Below are positions 48,059-57,265 of a stretch of DNA of 64,000 bases, in pieces (the first letter of the stretch is position 1; each line of letters opens with the position of its first letter). A program made the translations under genes and the position numbers. Origin of the DNA: Caulobacteraceae bacterium. GTDB lineage: Bacteria > Pseudomonadota > Alphaproteobacteria > Caulobacterales > Caulobacteraceae. Below the pieces are notes generated by a model. It did no database searches. It was given only the letters and a program-made list of their open reading frames with translations, and had not been told where the DNA came from. The stretch is from assembly GCA_019748055.1 (NCBI GenBank), contig JAIEQC010000050.1, forward strand, positions 24,817-88,816, read 5' to 3'.

Positions 48059-49024
48059 ATGTCCTCCGCCTTCGATCTGCTGACCTCGCCAGCGATCCTG
48101 TTCTTCTTCATTGGCGTGATCGCGGCTTTGGCCCGGTCCGACCTGGCCCTGCCGGAGCAGGCGGCGAAGACCCTGTCGCTCTATCTGATGCTGTGCATCG
48201 GCTTCAAAGGCGGGGTTGAAGCGAGGGCTGCGGGCCTGTCGGCCGACTTCGGCGTCGCCGCAGGGCTCGGTCTCGCGCTCAGCGCCCTGATGCCGCTGGC
48301 TGCCTACGCCATCCTGCGCCGGGGCACGAAGCTTGACCGGCCCACGCTCTGCGCCATGGCCGCGACCTATGGCTCGGTGTCCGTGGTCACCTTCGCGGCG
48401 GGCCAGCAGCACCTGGCGGCCACCGGCGTCGACTTCGGCGGCTACATGGCCGCCGTCCTCGCGCTCATGGAGACGCCGGCGATCCTGACCGCCCTGATCC
48501 TGCTGAACCGCGCCGGTCGCGGCATCCCCGGGGAGCGGTCGAAGGTGCTGCGCGAGGTGTTCGTCAACGCCGCGGCAGTGATGTTGATCGGCAGCTTCGT
48601 CGTCGGCGCGATCTCGGGCGAGCGCGGCATGGAGCGGCTCGAGATCTTCGTCGGTCCGCTGTTTCAGGGCGCCCTGTGCTTCTTCCTGCTGGACGTCGGC
48701 CTGATCGCGGCGCGCCGGCTGATGGCCGACGGCCGGAAGATGACGCCCGGCGTGATCGCCTTCGCCGTGGTGTTCCCGGTCGTCGCCGCGCTGGCCACCC
48801 TCGCCTTGTCCCGCGCCCTCGGCCTCGAGCAGGGCGACGCGGCCTTGATGGCCATCCTCGCCGGTTCCGCCTCCTACATCGCCGTCCCGGCGGCCATGCG
48901 GTTGGCCGCGCCCCAGGCCGACCCCGGCGTGTTCGCCTCCTCCTCCCTCGCCGTGACCTTCCCGTTCAACCTGGTCCTCGGGATCCCGGCCTATGCGGCG
49001 CTCGCCGCCTGGCTCTGGGCCTGA
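48059..49024 (+). CDS. SbtA-like (Sbt_1/DUF897) sodium-dependent bicarbonate transporter family permease
   Basis: 321 aa, about 10 TM. The N-terminus LLTSPAILFFFIGVIAALARSDLALPEQAAKTLSLYLMLCIGFKGGVE is typical of this family. Confidence 0.78.
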   Translation: MSSAFDLLTSPAILFFFIGVIAALARSDLALPEQAAKTLSLYLMLCIGFKGGVEARAAGLSADFGVAAGLGLALSALMPLAAYAILRRGTKLDRPTLCAMAATYGSVSVVTFAAGQQHLAATGVDFGGYMAAVLALMETPAILTALILLNRAGRGIPGERSKVLREVFVNAAAVMLIGSFVVGAISGERGMERLEIFVGPLFQGALCFFLLDVGLIAARRLMADGRKMTPGVIAFAVVFPVVAALATLALSRALGLEQGDAALMAILAGSASYIAVPAAMRLAAPQADPGVFASSSLAVTFPFNLVLGIPAYAALAAWLWA

Positions 49025-49045
49025 GGCCGCCTCCTGGAGACCCTG

Positions 49046-49765
49046 ATGCCCATGTCCCGCAGACGCCTGATCGAAACCGCCGCCGCCCTTCCATTCGCCG
49101 CCGGCCTCGCCGTGACGCCGTCGGGCTCCTTCGCCTCGACGGACTGGACCCCGCCCCCGCCTACGGACCTGACTCCGGACCAAGCCCTGGAGCTCCTCAA
49201 ACAGGGCAACGCCGCCTTCCAGGCGGACGCGCCGCTGCATCCGTCCATCGACGGCCGACGCCGGGGCGAGATCGCCCAGGCGCAAGCGCCCATCGCGGCC
49301 ATCCTCAGCTGCGCCGACTCGCGCGTTCCGCCGGAGCTGCTCTTCGGCCGAGGTCTCGGCGAGCTGTTCGTCGTCCGCAACGCCGGGAACGTCGCCGACG
49401 TCGCGGCCGTCGGCAGCCTGGAGTTCGCCGTCGCCGTGCTGGGCGCGCCCCTGATCGTCGTCATGGGTCATGAGCGGTGCGGGGCCGTCGCGGCGGCCCT
49501 CACCGTCATTGACCAAGCGCAGGAGTATCCGGGCAGCATTGGGACCATGCTGGAGCCGATCCTGCCCGCCGCCATGGGCGCGCGGCACCAACCGGGCGCG
49601 GCCTTGGTGAACGCCACGCGCGCGCATGTGCTGCGCACGGTGACCCGTCTGCGTGCCGTGGCCAGCCCTCTGCTCATCCCGCCCCAAGAGGAAAACCGGC
49701 TCAGGATCGTCGGCGCCGTCTACGATCTGGACACGGGCGCGGTGGAGTTCCTGGAGCCGACCTGA
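49046..49765 (+). CDS. beta-carbonic anhydrase with Tat signal
   Basis: MSRRRLIETAAALPFAAGLA (twin-Arg), CADSRVPPE, VVRNAGN and GHERCGAV are the canonical beta-CA motifs. Confidence 0.88.
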   Translation: MPMSRRRLIETAAALPFAAGLAVTPSGSFASTDWTPPPPTDLTPDQALELLKQGNAAFQADAPLHPSIDGRRRGEIAQAQAPIAAILSCADSRVPPELLFGRGLGELFVVRNAGNVADVAAVGSLEFAVAVLGAPLIVVMGHERCGAVAAALTVIDQAQEYPGSIGTMLEPILPAAMGARHQPGAALVNATRAHVLRTVTRLRAVASPLLIPPQEENRLRIVGAVYDLDTGAVEFLEPT

Positions 49766-49888
49766 TCGCGCGCGGTGGTCGACAGGCTGCGACCAGATGG
49801 CCCGGGAGCGGAACCCCCCGCCTGGCGTTTTGTACGCTGACGGACGCAAGCCTGCCCACCGCAGGCGCGCGTCCCTGAGGGCGGGGTC

Positions 49889-50089
49889 ATGACGAGTTAT
49901 GTGTTGAAGGTCTTCTACGAGGACGAACCTCGTCCCCGCGAGACCTTGGGCGAAGACAGGGGCAGCGAAGTTCTGGCGATGATCCCCCGCCTCCTGGCCC
50001 GCCACCCGGGATGCCATCGCGTCCGCGTCTATCTGGGCGACGCTCTGCTGTTCGCGGTCGACTGCAACGGCATGGACGTCGCTGAGTGA
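49889..50089 (+). CDS. hypothetical small protein
   Basis: 66-aa ORF with non-repetitive composition. No motif recognised. Confidence 0.4.
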   Translation: MTSYVLKVFYEDEPRPRETLGEDRGSEVLAMIPRLLARHPGCHRVRVYLGDALLFAVDCNGMDVAE

Positions 50090-50327
50090 GCTGCGGACGG
50101 ATCGTTCCCGTCGCGTCGCCATTCGCATCGCTTATGAGGCTCTTACGGCTTGGCTATTGGCCCGCCCTCGGGTCCGCCGCTAACCTCGTTTCATCGGGCA
50201 GGCTCGAACAGCGGTTGTCCCCTTGGCCGTGACGCGGGTCCACCTGGGCGCGCCCGGCGCTTCGAGCTCCCAATGGCTTGTCGTCGCCGGGCCGCCCGAC
50301 CGTCGCCCTCCAGCGCACTCAGACGCC

Positions 50328-51242
50328 ATGCTCCACCCGCACGCAGAGTTTGACGACCTCCCGCAAGACGACGCCCGCACCGGCGGACTGCACCCTTATC
50401 AAGGCCAGACCGCCGTCCTCGTCACCATGCACGGCAAAGAAGAGGTTCTGCAGCCGCTGCTGACCCAAGCGATGGGACTGAAGGTGGGGCTCGCCACCGG
50501 CGTCGACACCGACCGGTTCGGCACCTTCAGCCGCGACGTCGCGCGGCCCGGATCGGCGCTCGACGCCGCTCGGGCGAAGATCGCGGCCGGCTTCGAGGCG
50601 GATCCTGCGGCCCGCGTCGGCCTGGCGAGCGAGGGGAGCTTCGGAGCCCATCCGGCCTTGCCCTTTCTGCCGTTCGCTGAGGAGCTGGTTCTCATGATCG
50701 ATCGGAAAACCGGCTTCGAGCTGGCCGGTCACGATCGTGGCGTGCGGACGAACTTCGCCAGCGCGCTCATTCAGGACCCTGCCGAAGCCGCGACCTTCGC
50801 GGCGCGCGTGGGGTTCCCGTCTCACGGAGTGGTCGTGACGGCCAGTCGCGACGGCGTGCCCGCTCCTGACCTGTATCTCGAGAAGGAGGCCGTAGACCTG
50901 CTCGGGCTTGAGGCGGCGGTCGAGCGCGCCCTGGCTCTCGGCGGTCCGGCATGCCTCGAGACCGACATGCGCGCGCACCGCAACCCCACGCGCATGGAGG
51001 CGATCGCACGCGCGGCCGAGGATCTCGTGCGCCGCTTCGCCAGCCGATGCCCCGCCTGTCGCCGGCCGGGCTTTTCCGTGACGTCGCTTCGCCGCGGCCT
51101 GCCCTGCGCCTGGTGCGGCGACCCCACCCATGCGCCGATCGCGGAAGTGTCGGCGTGCCCGGCCTGCGGCCACGTCGAGGAGCGACCTCTGACGACGGCG
51201 ACGACCGCTGACCCGGGGCAATGCGCGGCGTGCAATCCGTGA
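50328..51242 (+). CDS. hypothetical protein with C-terminal double zinc-ribbon
   Basis: The internal ATG at 50328 was chosen. The C-terminus has four CxxC pairs (CPAC, CAWC, CPAC, CAAC). Confidence 0.6.
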   Translation: MLHPHAEFDDLPQDDARTGGLHPYQGQTAVLVTMHGKEEVLQPLLTQAMGLKVGLATGVDTDRFGTFSRDVARPGSALDAARAKIAAGFEADPAARVGLASEGSFGAHPALPFLPFAEELVLMIDRKTGFELAGHDRGVRTNFASALIQDPAEAATFAARVGFPSHGVVVTASRDGVPAPDLYLEKEAVDLLGLEAAVERALALGGPACLETDMRAHRNPTRMEAIARAAEDLVRRFASRCPACRRPGFSVTSLRRGLPCAWCGDPTHAPIAEVSACPACGHVEERPLTTATTADPGQCAACNP

Positions 51243-51475
51243 CGGAGGACGCTGGTCACGCGACCGTGCGAGAGGTCGAGGATCCCATCGCCTGGGTTCT
51301 CGCGCATCCCGGCATGAGCGCCTGGCTGAAGGCGACCCTCACGTCCGCACTGAAGGAGGATTCCCTCGCCTTGGCCAACGATCTGGAGATCCTAAATCAC
51401 CTGCTCGGTCCCCGCGTGGGGGCAGTGAGCAGACCGCACCAACCCGACGCCACTCGTCAGACGGATGAAGTCTGA
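51221..51475 (+). CDS. hypothetical small protein
   Basis: 84-aa ORF overlapping the previous stop and the convergent pyrC end. Weak support. Confidence 0.3.
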   Translation: MRGVQSVTEDAGHATVREVEDPIAWVLAHPGMSAWLKATLTSALKEDSLALANDLEILNHLLGPRVGAVSRPHQPDATRQTDEV

Positions 51476-52554
51476 TCTCCTTCCAGGGAGGGCGCCGCGC
51501 CGCAGAAGCTCCACGGGAGCGTCTCGCCGGCGTGAAAGGGGACGAGGTCTCCGCTCGAAGGACCTTCCAGCCGCTGCGGCACAGCGACCGCGCTCCGCTT
51601 GAGCCGCACCCTGCCCGCGTTCAGAGCCTTGCCGTAGAAGCGCGCGCCACGCTCGGAGGCGAACCCTTCCAGCCGGTCGAGCGCGCCTTCCTCCTCGAAG
51701 GTCGTGGCGTAGCTCTCGAGCGCATGCGGCGCGTTGAAGATGCCGGCGCAGCCGCACGCCGACTCCTTGCGCGTTCTCTCATGCGGGGCCGAATCCGTCC
51801 CCAGGAAGAACTTGGGCGACCCCGAAGTGGCCGCGCGCCGCAACGCCTGTCGATGCCTTTCGCGCTTGGCGACGGGGAGACAGTAGGCATGCGGCCTGAA
51901 GCCGCCGGCGAACATGGCGTTACGGGTGATGCGCAGGTGGTGAGGCGTGATCGTGGCGGCCAGGTTTGGTCCCCCGGCTTCCACGAAGGCGACGGCGTCG
52001 CGGGTGGTGACGTGTTCGAACACCGTCCTCAGCCCGGGAAAGTCCACAATGAGGTTCGAGAAGACGGTGTCGATGAAGACGGCTTCCCGATCGAAGACGT
52101 CCACGTCTGGATCGGTGACCTCGCCATGCACCAGAAGCGGCATCCCCAGCCGCTGCATGACCTCGAGGACGGGGCGGATCTTGCGGACGTCGGTCACCCC
52201 GTGGTCGGCGTTGGTGGTCGCATGGGCGGGATAGAGCTTGCAGGCGGTGAACACCCCGGACTCGAAACCACGACGGATCTCCTCCGGACTGGCGTCGTCG
52301 GTGAGGTAGCAGGTCATCAGCGGCTCGAAGCGGGCGTCGGCGCCCAGCGCCCTCAGGATGCGGTCGCGGTACGCGGCGGCGGCTTCGACCGTGGTGATCG
52401 GCGGGGTGAGGTTCGGCATCACGATCGCCCGGCGGAACTGCCGCGCCGTATGCTTCGCCACCGCCTCGAGCATCGCCCCGTCCCGCAAATGGACATGCCA
52501 GTCGTCCGGCGTGCGAAGCACGAGGTCATCTAGCGGCGCGTCGGGCGGGCTCAT
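51457..52554 (-). CDS. pyrC: dihydroorotase (homodimeric type)
   Basis: PDDWHVHLRDG, VMPNLTPPITT, KLYPAHATTN, HGE, and FLGTDSAPH are class II PyrC motifs. Confidence 0.9.
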   Translation of the reverse strand: MSPPDAPLDDLVLRTPDDWHVHLRDGAMLEAVAKHTARQFRRAIVMPNLTPPITTVEAAAAYRDRILRALGADARFEPLMTCYLTDDASPEEIRRGFESGVFTACKLYPAHATTNADHGVTDVRKIRPVLEVMQRLGMPLLVHGEVTDPDVDVFDREAVFIDTVFSNLIVDFPGLRTVFEHVTTRDAVAFVEAGGPNLAATITPHHLRITRNAMFAGGFRPHAYCLPVAKRERHRQALRRAATSGSPKFFLGTDSAPHERTRKESACGCAGIFNAPHALESYATTFEEEGALDRLEGFASERGARFYGKALNAGRVRLKRSAVAVPQRLEGPSSGDLVPFHAGETLPWSFCGAAPSLEGDQTSSV

Positions 52555-52883
52555 GGTCGGATCTCCTCGTGTTTCTCGCGAGCCTTCGACCCGGCAAGCT
52601 GAAGGGGACGGCGGCGACGCATCCTAAGCCTCGACCGCCGAGACCCCAACGCGTCGTGGGTCAGCGCGCAGCGACCGCTCCGAGGCATGGCCGCAATCAA
52701 GCATGACTTGTCGTCGTTCGCTTGGGACTCTAGCTTGCCGATGCCTACGGGCAGGAGGTTTTTTGTCAGCTTTCAACCGCACCGCCTGATCCAGGCGCGC
52801 TCTCGAAGGAGGGCGCCTGAGCAGAGCGCAGCCGCTGGAAATCGGCGGGCGCTTCTTCATGCCTGATCAAAGCGAGAAAAACG

Positions 52884-53360
52884 TTGAACGCCATCATTAT
52901 CCGCCCGCTTTGCGCGGACGATCTGCCGTCCGCCAAAAAGGTCATCGACTCCACCGGACTGTTCCCCGGAGAGATGCTGGCCGAAATGGCCGCGCCCTTC
53001 CTGACGGGTACGGCGCCTGACGACCTCTGGTTCGTCGCCCTGGACCAGAAGAAGATCGTTCTGGGGCTGGTCTACTGCTCCCCTGAACGGATGACGGACG
53101 CGACCTGGAACCTGCTCCTGATCGCGGTGCGGGAAAACCTTCAGGGCCAAGGAGTGGGGTCTCGCCTCACCCGGCACCTCGAACAGACGCTGTCCCAGCG
53201 GAACGCCCGCGTTCTGATCGTCGAAACGTCGGGCTTGGCAGAGTTCGACCGCACCCGCGGCGTCTACGCGACGCTAGGTTACGACGAAGTGGCGCGCATC
53301 CCCGAGTTCTACGCGACTGGGGAAGACAAGGTCGTCTTCTGGAAGCGACTATCCGACTAA
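52884..53360 (+). CDS. GNAT N-acetyltransferase
   Basis: 158 aa. IAVRENLQGQGVGSRLTRHLE (motif A) and ...TLGYDEVARIPEFY. Confidence 0.85.
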   Translation: MNAIIIRPLCADDLPSAKKVIDSTGLFPGEMLAEMAAPFLTGTAPDDLWFVALDQKKIVLGLVYCSPERMTDATWNLLLIAVRENLQGQGVGSRLTRHLEQTLSQRNARVLIVETSGLAEFDRTRGVYATLGYDEVARIPEFYATGEDKVVFWKRLSD

Positions 53361-53458
53361 CGGATGGGGGGCGGAGGCTTGGCTTCCGCCCCTTCCCCGC
53401 CAGAAAGTGGTGCTTCAGCTCCATTGCGGACGCACGACAGGCCGGTCACAACCGGATC

Positions 53459-53833
53459 ATGCTTCGGCGCATCAAGTCGTGGGCCAGAAACCTGAAGCGC
53501 GACGTTCTCGCACTGTGGCTCGCCTCGCGCAGCCCGCGGACGCCGCTTGCTGCGAAGCTGATTGCAGGAGCGGTCGCGGCCTATGCGTTGAGTCCGATCG
53601 ATCTGATTCCTGACTTCATCCCGGTGCTCGGTTATCTCGACGACCTCGTGATCGTGCCGCTGGGAGTTGCGCTCGCCGTCCGAATGATACCCGCCACCCT
53701 AATGGCCGAATTCCGAACACAGGCGACGAACCACGCAAGGCCGACCAACCGGCCCATGGCCATTGCGATAGTCAGCCTCTGGACTCTGGCAGGCATATCC
53801 GCCGCGATCTGGGTCTGGGGAAAGATCTGGTAG
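53459..53833 (+). CDS. DUF1232 (YkvA-like) membrane protein
   Basis: AAYALSPIDLIPDFIPVLGYLDDLVIVPLG is the DUF1232 signature. Confidence 0.8.
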   Translation: MLRRIKSWARNLKRDVLALWLASRSPRTPLAAKLIAGAVAAYALSPIDLIPDFIPVLGYLDDLVIVPLGVALAVRMIPATLMAEFRTQATNHARPTNRPMAIAIVSLWTLAGISAAIWVWGKIW

Positions 53834-54035
53834 CGCCGAAGGCTGGCGGGACCGCAGACCTGCCGGCGTGACTGGGAGGCGACGAGCTGCAACGCCGCGA
53901 CGAGACCGAGCTGAGCCACGGCCTCTTGCACGCCGCGCGCAGCCCTGCGTCCAGGGCTCTCGGCGGGAGAGAACACCTGGAGGCATCCCCTCCGGCGCCA
54001 GCGGCGGCGCCGGTTACGTGGTAGAGTCCGGACAT

Positions 54036-54305
54036 ATGAACACTCCCTATGAACTGACCCCGCGAGAATGGGTGGAAGTGGCGGCCGTGCAGGCGGTGGC
54101 GGATGCCTTTGGGCTTGAGGACGAGGAAGCTCCAGCACGATGGTTGGCGGTGAACGCTTACGGCGTGCGCTTCGACTTTCAGACTGACGGCCCGGAGTAT
54201 GCTGGCCCCTTGTACCTGATCCAGGGTTCGGGCGCGCCGGAGTGTGGCCCCATGAGCCTGATCCGAGGCCCCGAAGGGCAACTGAAAGTGCTCGAGCCGT
54301 CCTGA
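54036..54305 (+). CDS. hypothetical small protein
   Basis: The internal ATG at 54036 gives an 89-aa ORF. No motif recognised. Confidence 0.4.
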   Translation: MNTPYELTPREWVEVAAVQAVADAFGLEDEEAPARWLAVNAYGVRFDFQTDGPEYAGPLYLIQGSGAPECGPMSLIRGPEGQLKVLEPS

Positions 54306-54320
54306 GCCAACCCTAGGGGG

Positions 54321-55505
54321 TCACCCGAGCTCTGCGCTGAACGGGCGGCTGGGGGCGCCGTCGATCATGAGCTTCACGTAGAAGTTCCTGTTTGGAAGGT
54401 TGAGGAGGTCAATGACCTCAAACGTCGGCTGGAGCTCCGCGGCTAGCCTCGGGGCATCCTCTGCCCCGACGCGGAAGACCACGAGCGATCCGGCATTCCC
54501 TAGGACGGCATGTCGGACCTCTGGCTCCAGCTGGTGAAGATGCTGGTGCGCAAGCGTCAGCCCGACCCCGTACTTCCGAAGCTCGGCCAGCATGTTGGCG
54601 AACGAGAGCGTGGTGAAGCTCTGGAACTCGTCGAGGTACAGGAAGAAGGGACGGCGTCCGGCGGCGGCGTCTTCTGCTCGGCTCATAGCTGCGAGACCGA
54701 TCGTCGAGGCGATCAGACTGCCGAGAACCGCAGCGCCGTCCGCCCCCAGCCGCCCCTTCGCAAGGTTTACGATCAGGGCCTCTCCCCGGTCCATGATGCG
54801 GCGAAAACTCAAGGGCCGCTCCGGCGCGACGAGAATGCGATGGAGGCGCGGATCGGTCAGGAGGGCCCCGAGTTTGTTCTGGATTGGAGCCACGGCCTCC
54901 AGTCGTGTGCGATCCGGATAGGCGGCGAACTCCTCTGTCCAGAACCGCCGAACGGTGGGATTGCGTATCTGCCGCACCAGCGATCGACGGAACGCCTTGT
55001 CCGAGTAGAGCGCGAGAATGTCCGGCAGCGTCGAACCGTCACGCTCAAGGAGCGCGTACAGGCTGTTGCGCAGCACGTGCTCCATGCGAACGCCCCACGC
55101 GTCGGGCCAGAGCTTCCTGAAGGCATCAAGGAGCCCGGAAGCAGCCAATGGGATCTTGTCGTCCCTGACCCTGCGAAGCGGATTATAGCCGTACGGCTGG
55201 TCGAGATCGGCAGCGTCCAGATAGTGGAGCCGCGGTCCCAGCACTGCTGCGGCCCCATCTCGCACACGTTCTGCCAAGTCGCCATGCGGGTCGATGAGCG
55301 CGAAGCCACGGCCCGCAGTGACGTCCTGGCCAGCAAGCCGCTCGAGAAGGGCCGACTTCCCCACGCCGGTCTTGCCGATGATGTAGAGATGCGAAAGCCG
55401 GTCGCGCTGCCGTATCCCGAACGAGACGCCGCGACGGTGAAATGTGGTTTGGCCGACGTATGTCACGGCCTCGGAGGCGGGCGCCATCACCAGACGGTAC
55501 CGCAA
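54321..55505 (-). CDS. T4CP/TraD-HerA-like P-loop ATPase (no TM segment)
   Basis: Walker A IIGKTGVGKS, Walker B-like FFLYLDEFQSF, and LRKYGVGLTLAHQHLHQL. This is the architecture of soluble type IV secretion DNA-binding-domain ATPases. Confidence 0.8.
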   Translation of the reverse strand: MRYRLVMAPASEAVTYVGQTTFHRRGVSFGIRQRDRLSHLYIIGKTGVGKSALLERLAGQDVTAGRGFALIDPHGDLAERVRDGAAAVLGPRLHYLDAADLDQPYGYNPLRRVRDDKIPLAASGLLDAFRKLWPDAWGVRMEHVLRNSLYALLERDGSTLPDILALYSDKAFRRSLVRQIRNPTVRRFWTEEFAAYPDRTRLEAVAPIQNKLGALLTDPRLHRILVAPERPLSFRRIMDRGEALIVNLAKGRLGADGAAVLGSLIASTIGLAAMSRAEDAAAGRRPFFLYLDEFQSFTTLSFANMLAELRKYGVGLTLAHQHLHQLEPEVRHAVLGNAGSLVVFRVGAEDAPRLAAELQPTFEVIDLLNLPNRNFYVKLMIDGAPSRPFSAELG

Positions 55506-55558
55506 CAGGGTTCCGGCTGGATGAGGGCGATTTCGTTCCCATCAGCTTACCGTGGTTT

Positions 55559-56302
55559 TTATCGCTCGATCCAAATCAGACTTGCCATTCGGCCGGCGGC
55601 TTTGCCGTCCCGGCGCACCGAATGCAGTCTCACGTCGCTGAAGGTGCAGAACCCGCCACCCGAGATGTTTTCCACCGGGATGCCCAGGGCCTGCAGGGTG
55701 CTTCGGGCAAAGGCGTAGAGATCCATCTGGTATTTGCCGTAAGGCCGGGTTTTGAACACGCCTTCAGTCGCAAATGGACTGCCGGCAAATTCTTCGCGGA
55801 TATCGTCCCCCACTTCATAGTGAGGTCCGCTGATCGCAGGTCCGAGCCAAACGAAAACGTCCGAGGGTCGGGCCTCCAACGCTTCAAAAGTGGAGACGAT
55901 CACGCCGTCTCGGAGCCCCTTCCACCCGGCGTGGGCGATGCCCACAGACCGTGCGCCGGTGACGGCGAAGAACACCGGAAGGCAATCCGCCGATCGCATC
56001 GCGCAAACTACCCCGGGAACGTCCGTGACGGCCCCGTCAGCCAGCATGTCGGACGCGTCGGGCAACCGAACCGCGCGTCGCCCATGCGGCTGTTCGAGCC
56101 ATCGGAGAGAAGTTGTCGGCCCAATGAACTGCTCCAAAGCGTGCCGCGAACGGATGGCGAGTTCGTCGACACCCTTGAAGTCGACATCCGACGCTGCGCG
56201 CGCACCTGCGACGGTATACGCACGGACCCCGTCCAAACCGGGCCAATGAGGACTCAGGAATAGGAAATCGCTCGACATCGTGTTTTCAGACCAGTCTATC
56301 AC
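55559..56302 (-). CDS. PgeF/YfiH (laccase-domain, DUF152) family enzyme
   Basis: EQPHGRRAV, ADGAVTDVPGVVCAMRSADCLPVFF, GIAHAGWKGL, GPAISGPHYEV and CTFSD...HSVRRDG...GRMASLIW are the characteristic YfiH motifs. An alternative start lies at 56278. Confidence 0.85.
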   Translation of the reverse strand: MIDWSENTMSSDFLFLSPHWPGLDGVRAYTVAGARAASDVDFKGVDELAIRSRHALEQFIGPTTSLRWLEQPHGRRAVRLPDASDMLADGAVTDVPGVVCAMRSADCLPVFFAVTGARSVGIAHAGWKGLRDGVIVSTFEALEARPSDVFVWLGPAISGPHYEVGDDIREEFAGSPFATEGVFKTRPYGKYQMDLYAFARSTLQALGIPVENISGGGFCTFSDVRLHSVRRDGKAAGRMASLIWIER

Positions 56303-57233
56303 GTCTGAGCTCCCCGCTTATGACTTGGGCACGACACGCGTTCATCAAATCATCGCTTACAAAACACGAATTGTCCCAAAAAGACTCAAAGTAGCGGTTC
56401 AGGACGCTATACATGCAGCGAGGAGATTCTCGTGGTGAGGTCATTTTCCTCGCAAAGATCTGGGGAAGAGATTGGCCGCCGTCGCCTCTTCCATAGACGG
56501 CGACCGACGCGACGGCCTCCGCATCATTGACGAGCATCGTTCGAAAGATCGGCAACTCGTCCATACGCTCGGCTCTGTACGTCCGTACCTCGATCTGGGC
56601 GCCAACAGACTCGCAGAGTTGCCTTATCCGGCCCAATGCGTATCTCGCTTGATCCTGGTATTCGTGGGGTGGCTTGTTACGTGTGACCGCGGCTTCGCTC
56701 AGGGCTTGTGATGATGGGTCCGCGAGAAGCAGACGCACTCGACCCCTGCTCTCCCTTACCCGCTTCAGCATTGCGGCGAATTCCGGCAGGTCGCAAAAAC
56801 TGAACGCGTTGGTGCCGATGAGGGCAAAGCTCGTCGTCGTTCTGTCCATGGTATCGCGATATGTCGTACGCGAAACGGTGGACGTGATGTAGTTGAAGCC
56901 AATCCCCCAGAAAGCGCTCAGCTCTCGCAGCAGGTGTGCAGAGACTGCGATAAGGCTGATGAAGCCAAGCCAAACGATGCCTGCTGAGGTCATCGCATTA
57001 TGAAACGAGAATCCAATTGCGAGAAATGCGATGGCGATGATCGACACCACCAAGATCGAATAGTTGCGGCGATTTGAAGTTAGCCACCGGAAGAAGGGTT
57101 GCGCGCCAGCAGCAGACGCCCGTCGCCAGAATAGACGCATCAACGCAGCAACGATCAAGCAAAAGACCGTCGCGGCGACGTTCACGGCAAAGTCGGCCGG
57201 CACGTGGCCCAGGGTCGGCGGCAGGGTGAACAA
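56286..57233 (-). CDS. membrane protein with C-terminal DUF5919-like domain
   Basis: Four hydrophobic helices in the N-terminal half. The C-terminal RVRLLLADPSSQ...QIEVRTYR...IFRTMLVNDAEAVASVAVYG resembles the DUF5919 domain seen on actinobacterial XRE regulators. Lower GC. Confidence 0.6.
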   Translation of the reverse strand: MFTLPPTLGHVPADFAVNVAATVFCLIVAALMRLFWRRASAAGAQPFFRWLTSNRRNYSILVVSIIAIAFLAIGFSFHNAMTSAGIVWLGFISLIAVSAHLLRELSAFWGIGFNYITSTVSRTTYRDTMDRTTTSFALIGTNAFSFCDLPEFAAMLKRVRESRGRVRLLLADPSSQALSEAAVTRNKPPHEYQDQARYALGRIRQLCESVGAQIEVRTYRAERMDELPIFRTMLVNDAEAVASVAVYGRGDGGQSLPQIFARKMTSPRESPRCMYSVLNRYFESFWDNSCFVSDDLMNACRAQVISGELRRDRLV

Positions 57234-57265
57234 GAGCTCCTCCCACGCTTAGGGCTTGACCCATA

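Noticed and set aside
48020-50128. 702-aa minus-strand ORF covering the SbtA-like and carbonic anhydrase genes
   Set aside because: Extremely Arg/Gly/Asp/Glu-rich with no motifs. The plus-strand genes have clear family signatures.
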